From: an uncultured Pleurocapsa sp.
Lineage (GTDB): Bacteria > Cyanobacteriota > Cyanobacteriia > Cyanobacteriales > Xenococcaceae
Assembly (NCBI GenBank): GCA_937884735.1
Contig: CAKZYI010000074.1
Coordinates: forward strand, 1 to 8,037
DNA: 8,037 nucleotides
Direction: 5' to 3'
Positions 1 through 4,906 of the stretch are shown piece after piece (position 1 is the stretch's first letter; every line of letters begins with the position of its first letter). The notes under the pieces were generated by a model that worked only from the letters and a program-made list of their open reading frames with translations, was not told where the DNA came from and made no database searches. The translations under genes were made by a program, and so were the position numbers.

Positions 1-658
1 ATCTGATGCCTTAAAGCTTCTGCCACCCAATGACGGTAGACCTAAGTATTCTTTCCGTCGCTGGGCTGAAGAGCGTAATGGCTGGAGTTTTATTGGATCT
101 AGGGGAGTAGGAGAAAGTGCAGCCCTTCGCCCTATCGTAAGTACCTTCTTAGATACTGCATTTAACAAGCTGCTAGAAAATGAGGAGGCAAAACCTTGCT
201 GGGTATTTATAGACGAACTTGCCTCTCTCCAGCGATTACCAAAAATTAAAGATGCGATGACCAGAGCCAGAAAGTACAACTGTAGACTGTTACTGGGCTT
301 TCAAGGTCGCTCTCAATTGGAAGCCCTCTACGGCAAACAAGCCGAAGTGCTAATGAGTTCGACTGACGCGAGAATTTTCCTTAAGACTACGGAATATAGT
401 GCCAGTGAATGGATTGCTAATAATATCGGCAAACCAGAGCGTCAAAGACAGGTTGAGTCTTTTACTTCTAGCTTACTCAGTAATGGCAGAGATTCTATTT
501 CTACTAGAACTGAGACGAAATCGGAACATTTGATACTACCGAATCAGATTCAGAATCTTAAAAAGCTTTCTGGCTATCTTCGGTACGATGACTACGCTAC
601 GTTCTTTCGGTTTCCTTATCCAGAGATAGAAAAGAAAAATGTTGTTGCTGGTAGTTGA
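1..658 (+). CDS. Type IV coupling protein (TrwB/TraD/VirD4-family ATPase), C-terminal part; 5' end lies outside the window
   Basis: Frame 2 is open from nt 2 to TGA 656-658; the ORF track shows it only from the internal Met at 257. The translation has the T4CP motif order: Walker B-like CWVFIDELASL (from ~197), then RKYNCRLLLGFQGRSQLEALYG (269-334, the G-x-Q-x3-QL-x3-YG box), then SSTDARIFLKTTEYSASEWIANNIG. The same motif order recurs in the 550-aa ORF on the minus strand. Confidence 0.8.
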   Translation, partial: SDALKLLPPNDGRPKYSFRRWAEERNGWSFIGSRGVGESAALRPIVSTFLDTAFNKLLENEEAKPCWVFIDELASLQRLPKIKDAMTRARKYNCRLLLGFQGRSQLEALYGKQAEVLMSSTDARIFLKTTEYSASEWIANNIGKPERQRQVESFTSSLLSNGRDSISTRTETKSEHLILPNQIQNLKKLSGYLRYDDYATFFRFPYPEIEKKNVVAGS

Positions 659-693
659 AACGAATAAATAGTCATATATCTCAAAACTAGAGA

Positions 694-723
694 ATGGCTT
701 CATAGATTGGCAACTAAAGCCAT
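694..723 (+). terminator. Weak hairpin downstream of the T4CP gene (possible terminator)
   Basis: ATGGCTT (694-700) pairs with AAGCCAT (717-723), a 7-bp stem with a 16-nt loop, 36 nt after the TGA. The nearest T-run (~745-749) is about 20 nt away, so this is not a canonical intrinsic terminator. Confidence 0.2.
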
Positions 724-855
724 GAACATAAAGTTCTATAGTATTTTTGACTTTAGTAATCTAACCTAACGAATTAAATTCTTGCCATACAATCACATCA
801 ACCAATAGAAACTACTTTCAGGTTTAAATCACAAACGATAAACCATTTCCAAGAA

Positions 856-887
856 TATAATTGATTATGTTTTTTTAGTATTACAAT
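856..887 (+). promoter_or_regulatory. Candidate sigma70-type promoter elements for the NLR module
   Basis: A perfect TATAAT lies at 856-861. A second pair is TTGATT (861-866) with TACAAT (882-887), spacer 15 nt. The second -10 ends only 7 nt before ATG 895. No purine-rich SD lies upstream of the ATG. Confidence 0.25.
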
Positions 888-894
888 CAAATTC

Positions 895-1347
895 ATGGAA
901 CCAATTACAATAACTACAGTCGCTATTGCAATGTCGACAATTTTTTCTGTTAAAGCTTCTGAAAAAACTGGCGAAAAATTTGGAGAATTCTTATCAGATC
1001 TAGTTTCAAAATCAGCTCTAAAACTAAGTAAAAAATCAACTCTAATTAAAAACTTATTACAAGCGGAAGAAGCAGAACCCCTTCAAATAAGCGGAGCAAT
1101 TCTAGAAGTAAAACAAATTGCCGATCGCGATCCAGAAATAGCAAAAACTATTTCAGAGATAAATACAAAAGCCAAACAAGAGCCTAATTCTCAGTTTCAA
1201 TCTAAAATTAATCAAGTTAGGTTAGAAGCAGATAAGTTAGATAATCAACAACCAGCAATTCAAAATCTAACAGAGTTAGCCAACAAAATTGGAGTTGTCA
1301 ATCAAGCTACAACTATAAATCAAACGATTAACCAAAACATATTTTGA
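895..1347 (+). CDS. Hypothetical 150-aa helical protein with an N-terminal hydrophobic helix and a Q/N-rich C-terminal tail; candidate Bell/HeLo-like effector module of the downstream NLR
   Basis: ATG 895 to TGA 1345-1347. Residues 3-19, PITITTVAIAMSTIFSV (901-951), are hydrophobic. The middle is K/E/Q-rich and helix-like. The tail is ELANKIGVVNQATTINQTINQNIF (1273-1344). It shares frame 1 with the NB-ARC ORF. The functional call is by architecture only. Confidence 0.6.
   Translation: MEPITITTVAIAMSTIFSVKASEKTGEKFGEFLSDLVSKSALKLSKKSTLIKNLLQAEEAEPLQISGAILEVKQIADRDPEIAKTISEINTKAKQEPNSQFQSKINQVRLEADKLDNQQPAIQNLTELANKIGVVNQATTINQTINQNIF
1345..1347 (+). other. Single in-frame TGA separating the 150-aa ORF from the NB-ARC/TPR reading frame
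   Basis: 895, 1345 and 1495 all fall in frame 1 (each is 1 mod 3). TGA 1345-1347 is followed by C (TGA-C). The 49 codons 1348-1494 contain no stop and no ATG, GTG or TTG. Confidence 0.9.
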
Positions 1348-3783
1348 CAGAATTCGTCTGAAGGGAAACAGACAAAGTTTAATCCCAAAAAATTTACTTC
1401 TGAACGTGGCTCTAGTAATTTCGTTGGTCGGGAAACGGAATTACAAAACCTACACAAACACTTACAAGAAGGAAATAGTATTTCTATAGTAGGAATGGGA
1501 GGAGTTGGAAAAACAGAATTAGCTACTCAATATGCTATTAAGTACAAATCCTATTACGATGCAATTCTTCGGTTTAATTTTACTTCTAATGACTTGTTCA
1601 CGCAGGTACTAAGATTTTTCAAATTCACTCTTGGGTATCAAGTTCCTCAAAAAACAAGAGAAGGAATATTAAATGAAGAGCAACAAGTTAAGCATTGTTG
1701 GGATAATTATCCTAATCTAGATTTACCAGTTTTAGTTATTTTTGATAATGTAGATGATGCAGAAAAGTTAAGAAAAATTATTCCTAACGATCAACAGTTT
1801 CGATGTGTTGTTACTACTCAAAAGACAAGATTAGACAGCAAACTTATTATAGATATTCCAATAAATATTCTTTCATTAAAAGAAGCAGTAACTTTTTTAC
1901 AATTACTATTAGGTGCAACCGATAAACGTATATCCAGTGAGCGAACAAAAGCAGAAAGCATTTGTAATTTTCTCGAATGTTTACCTTTAGCGATTGAGCT
2001 AGTTGGGGGATATTTAGCAGGAGATCCCTATCTATGTCTTGGCGATATGATGGAAAAATTAGAAAAAGAAAAATTAAACCATACAGCCTTCATCGATAAA
2101 GATAAACTTACTATAGGTGTCCGAGTTGCTTTTTCTTTAACCTGGTCTAAACTAAGCTCTAATGCAAAACAGCTTGGAAAATTAATTAGCTTATTTCCAG
2201 CAAAGAAAATTCATTGGGACTATGTTCAGCTTGTAATAGAATTCCCAACTAAAGAAGAAGAAGAACTTCCTATATGGGATAATAAATGTATAGATGAAGG
2301 GAAACGAGAATTACATAGAAGAAATATTATTGTTATTCAACAAGATAGTATAGAAAGCTATTATCAGGTTCATTCTTTACTAAGATATTATTTGCAAGAA
2401 CAATTAACAGAAGAAAATGAAACAAATTTAATTTTAATCAGTATCTTTGTAAGGTTTATAGAATATAATTCTAATGCTATGAAGCTAAAAATGCTTCATA
2501 CAAAAAAAACATATTTAAAAGAAATAGCTTTTTATATGGAGAACATAGCACAAGAATTATTATTTGAAATCAATCAAAATAATGAGACTGGAGTAATTTA
2601 TTTAAACAGAATTAAAAACGATCAAATAATTTCAATATTTTTAGGAATAGGCTCATTTTATTTAGTAGAAGGATTATATGAATCAGCAGAATTATGGCTA
2701 GATAGATCCATTAATGCTTGCAAGCTTCTATCTTTAGAAAATAAGGTAAGTATGATACATAGCCTAAATGCTTTAGCTATGCTTTATGTTAATCAAGGAA
2801 AATATTCTGAAGCAGAATCGCTTTTTGATAAGCTTTTTACCATTGCAAAAACTTTTCCTCCTGAAGAAGATTTAAATATAGATACGTGTTGGGATAATCT
2901 GGCTTTACTTTATCAATATCAAGGAAGAGAAAAAGAAGCTGGAAGTTTGCTTTCAAAGTCTTTAGGAACGGTGCAAGATATTGAAGTAGCAGATAGTCCT
3001 ATTCTAGCGAGAAGAAAAAACAATTTAGCACATTACTATATGACTATAGGAAAGTACGAAGAAGCTTTACCCCTATTTATCGAGTCATTGGAAATGAGAC
3101 AACGATTATTTAAAGGAGAAGATCATCCTGATATTGCGATTAGTCTAGATAATTTAGGTTTGCTTTACTATTATCTAAGAAAACCAGAGCAAGCTGAACC
3201 TATTTCTTATCAAGCCTTAGAAATGAGAAAAAGACTGTTTGATAAAAATCATCCTGATATTGCCAGAAGCTCACATAACTTAGGTTTAATCTATTCTTAT
3301 CTAAGAAAACCAGAACAAGCCAAACCTTTGTTTATCAAGTCATTACAAATAAACAAAGCTAATTTTGGAGAAGCTCATCCTGATATTGCAACTTCTATGG
3401 ATAGTTTAAGTAACATATATAAATTTCAGGGAAACTGGAAAGAAGCTGAATATCTTTGTTCAAAGTCATTGGAAATGAGACAGCGATTATTCAAGGAAGA
3501 TCACCCTAGCAAAGCTAGAAACTTGATGAATTTAGCTTTGCTATATGAACTAATATGGGGTCTGGAAGAAGCTTATTTCTATATTGAACAGGCTTTAGAA
3601 ATGGCAGATAGAATTCTTGAAGCCAATGATCCTTTAAAAGCGGATATTCAAAATAATTTCACACGTTTAAGTAAAAAGCTTGCCTTTTTTCCATTAAGAA
3701 AGCGAAGATTTTTATTAATAATAATATTAGTCTTGATAATAGTATTATTATCTTTTTCATTTAAAAAATTGTTAGTTAATTGA
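1348..3783 (+). CDS. NB-ARC + TPR STAND NTPase (bacterial NLR-like / Avs-like sensor) with a C-terminal TM tail. It has no start codon of its own upstream of the P-loop and may be a pseudogene or a recoded continuation of 895-1344
   Basis: FVGRETEL lies at 1420-1443. The P-loop G-MGGVGKT is at 1492-1515, and the ORF-track Met 1495 sits inside it. Walker B VLVIFDNVDD is at 1729-1758. The GLPLA-type motif CLPLAIELVGGYL starts at ~1978 (LPLAI = 1981-1995). The MHD-like VHSLLRYYL has its His at 2371-2373. About 7 kinesin-light-chain-type 42-aa TPR units follow. Stop is TGA 3781-3783. Confidence 0.85.
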   Translation, partial: QNSSEGKQTKFNPKKFTSERGSSNFVGRETELQNLHKHLQEGNSISIVGMGGVGKTELATQYAIKYKSYYDAILRFNFTSNDLFTQVLRFFKFTLGYQVPQKTREGILNEEQQVKHCWDNYPNLDLPVLVIFDNVDDAEKLRKIIPNDQQFRCVVTTQKTRLDSKLIIDIPINILSLKEAVTFLQLLLGATDKRISSERTKAESICNFLECLPLAIELVGGYLAGDPYLCLGDMMEKLEKEKLNHTAFIDKDKLTIGVRVAFSLTWSKLSSNAKQLGKLISLFPAKKIHWDYVQLVIEFPTKEEEELPIWDNKCIDEGKRELHRRNIIVIQQDSIESYYQVHSLLRYYLQEQLTEENETNLILISIFVRFIEYNSNAMKLKMLHTKKTYLKEIAFYMENIAQELLFEINQNNETGVIYLNRIKNDQIISIFLGIGSFYLVEGLYESAELWLDRSINACKLLSLENKVSMIHSLNALAMLYVNQGKYSEAESLFDKLFTIAKTFPPEEDLNIDTCWDNLALLYQYQGREKEAGSLLSKSLGTVQDIEVADSPILARRKNNLAHYYMTIGKYEEALPLFIESLEMRQRLFKGEDHPDIAISLDNLGLLYYYLRKPEQAEPISYQALEMRKRLFDKNHPDIARSSHNLGLIYSYLRKPEQAKPLFIKSLQINKANFGEAHPDIATSMDSLSNIYKFQGNWKEAEYLCSKSLEMRQRLFKEDHPSKARNLMNLALLYELIWGLEEAYFYIEQALEMADRILEANDPLKADIQNNFTRLSKKLAFFPLRKRRFLLIIILVLIIVLLSFSFKKLLVN
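2740..3630 (+). repeat. Tandem 42-aa (126-bp) TPR units inside the NLR gene
   Basis: The (D/N/A)HPDIA box recurs at 3121, 3247, 3373 and 3499, exactly 126 nt apart. TTATCTAAGAAAACCAGAGCAAGCTGAACCT (3171-3201) matches 3297-3327 at 28/31 nt. GTCATTGGAAATGAGACA is identical at 3084 and 3465. Confidence 0.85.
3709..3762 (+). other. Predicted C-terminal transmembrane tail anchor of the NLR-like protein
   Basis: RKRR (3697-3708) precedes FLLIIILVLIIVLLSFSF (3709-3762), followed by KKLLVN and the stop. This is a basic flank plus 18 uninterrupted hydrophobic residues. Confidence 0.55.
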
Positions 3784-3834
3784 ATTATTTTATAAATAAA
3801 GAACAATGATATAAATACATTAAGAAATTGAGTC

Positions 3835-3853
3835 AAAAAAAAGCGATCGCTAG
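3835..3853 (-). repeat. HIP1 octamer GCGATCGC inside a 10-nt palindrome, followed on the minus strand by T8 (at best a weak terminator for the minus-strand operon)
   Basis: GCGATCGC lies at 3843-3850 and the palindrome AGCGATCGCT at 3842-3851. An A8 run at 3835-3842 gives U8 after the palindrome on the minus-strand transcript. The stem would be only 3 bp around a 4-nt loop. Confidence 0.4.
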
Positions 3854-3926
3854 AGAACTGTGACCGCCCATTAACTACTTAACTACCTCTCAAACTCAAT
3901 AACATCATTATCTTCATCGTCATCTT

Positions 3927-4691
3927 CTACAGGCTTGAGATTTTGCACTCCAAAAGCTTCCTCTCCCCATTGAAGACCCTGAGTGGGTTTTTGCGCTCTG
4001 ATTTCTTCGTACCCGCTTTCATTCGATGTGCTGAATCTACAACCTGTTGGCTAAATCTGCCCGATTGTTTGAATTGAGCTACCATACTCAGGGCATCTGC
4101 GTTGTCTATAATCTCGGAAACTGCATTATCCACAACGCCTTGAACGAACTGCTGTGCTGCCTGACCAACGACTTGGTTAAACCCCTGCTGCATTGCTAAA
4201 TCTTCTTCTGGTGTGGGCGTTGTTGGTTGAGGTGAACGAGCATCTTGATGGGGTGGTTTAAATCTAGAATCAGTATTGGCTGAAGAACCTTGGGAATTGC
4301 CAGTGTAGGGAGTAATTGAGCCAGAATCTTGTTGATTGGTCTTGGCTTGAGCCACTTCTGCTTCAATCTCTTTGAGGCTCATTCCGTCATCAAATTTCTC
4401 GCGCCAATAGTCCAGGTATTCTATATCTAATGGGGTGTATGTCTTCTTATGCTCTGAGCCAGTAGCATTAATAAACTTGTTTAGGGAGGCTTTCTTAACG
4501 TGATATCGTCCCTCTAGTCCTTCCGCTCCTTCTTTTGGTAGTCCGTTTTCGGGAATGCTCTTCTCGGAATAGTTAGTCATGATATTTAGTTGGTTGTAAA
4601 GAATGTAGATAATGAAACTAAGCACCAGGACGTGAATTAGGGTCACATCCCGATTTAGGTAATTTGAGGTCGCACCTAATAAAAAAATCAC
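3927..4691 (-). CDS. Hypothetical protein with a MerR-like HTH/wing segment, a Q/P/S/T-rich low-complexity linker and a possible N-terminal TM helix
   Basis: GTG start at 4691 overlaps the upstream TGA by 4 nt (GTGA, 4688-4691). An alternative ATG start is at 4580 (MTNYSEK). ASLNKFINATGSEHKKTYTPLDIEYLDYWREKFDDGMSLKEI aligns by eye with the 68-aa upstream protein. VTLIHVLVLSFIIYILY is hydrophobic but present only with the GTG start. Stop is TAG 3927-3929. Confidence 0.6.
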   Translation of the reverse strand: MIFLLGATSNYLNRDVTLIHVLVLSFIIYILYNQLNIMTNYSEKSIPENGLPKEGAEGLEGRYHVKKASLNKFINATGSEHKKTYTPLDIEYLDYWREKFDDGMSLKEIEAEVAQAKTNQQDSGSITPYTGNSQGSSANTDSRFKPPHQDARSPQPTTPTPEEDLAMQQGFNQVVGQAAQQFVQGVVDNAVSEIIDNADALSMVAQFKQSGRFSQQVVDSAHRMKAGTKKSERKNPLRVFNGERKLLECKISSL

Positions 4692-4894
4692 TCAACTTTT
4701 TTAATGCGCTCCATTTGCTTGATTTGTTTTTCGGTATAACCGCCTTTTAATAAGGCTCGGTACTTACAAAATCTCTGAAATTCACTATCTGAATAGGAAC
4801 GTTTTTTGGTGGGAAGATTGGCTAATGCCAGGGTGCGGTTGACGGTGGCATAACTGATGGAGAAGGTTCTCATTAATTGGTTTTTGGTATACAT
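4688..4894 (-). CDS. Small MerR-like / excisionase-like helix-turn-helix DNA-binding protein (68 aa)
   Basis: ATG at 4894. FSISYATVNRTLALANLPTKKRSYSDSEFQRFCKYRALLKGGYTEKQIKQM follows the MerR N-terminal pattern: an HTH, then R-x-Y-x3-[DE]-h, then G-x3-[EK]-x-I. It begins 12 nt after the T4CP-like gene stop. Confidence 0.6.
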   Translation of the reverse strand: MYTKNQLMRTFSISYATVNRTLALANLPTKKRSYSDSEFQRFCKYRALLKGGYTEKQIKQMERIKKVE

Positions 4895-4906
4895 AGGATT
4901 ATGGGA

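Noticed and set aside
687-694. CTAGAGAA at 687-694 and again at 3850-3857 as possible direct repeats (att-like) flanking the AT-rich island
   Set aside because: The match is only 8 nt between two ~200-nt regions, which is roughly expected by chance. No longer flanking identity and no integrase gene are visible.
1345-1347. Genome-wide TGA reassignment (code 4 or 25) or selenocysteine at the in-frame TGA
   Set aside because: Every Trp I checked in this window is encoded by TGG, for example eight in the NLR gene, and no other long ORF needs an internal TGA. The downstream hairpin (5-bp stem) is far smaller than a bacterial SECIS, and the position is a linker with no redox context. TGA also ends three ORFs here. 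That last point alone is not decisive, because each is followed within a few codons by another in-frame stop.
1495-1497. Met 1495 as the genuine start of the NB-ARC/TPR protein, as in the ORF track
   Set aside because: The Met is the second residue of the Walker A motif G-MGGVGKT. The conserved FVGRETEL box and the strand preceding the P-loop lie upstream in the same open frame (1420-1494). A protein starting here would lack part of its nucleotide-binding core.
3648-3836. 62-aa minus-strand ORF overlapping the 3' end of the NLR gene
   Set aside because: It is an antisense shadow ORF in very AT-rich DNA with an I/N/K/F-rich low-complexity translation. It overlaps the well-supported plus-strand gene.
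3871-3886. Perfect tandem 8-mer TTAACTAC x2, which on the minus strand (GTAGTTAAGTAGTTAA) places stops in all three frames just downstream of the operon
   Set aside because: It is too short to call a functional repeat. It is probably a fortuitous or generic stop-rich gene-end sequence with no partner elsewhere in the window.
3883-4053. Alternative minus-strand frame open for 55 codons (4050-3886), overlapping the end of the 254-aa ORF and encoding a plausible acidic tail (...EEIRAQKPTQGLQWGEEAFGVQNLKPVEDDDEDNDVIEFER*). This could mean a frameshift error or programmed -1 shift
   Set aside because: There is no start codon in that frame and no canonical X-XXY-YYZ slippery heptamer; the A5 run in CGCAAAAACCC is in the wrong register. 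A 55-codon open alternate frame is not rare. It is worth checking only by aligning homologues of the 254-aa protein.
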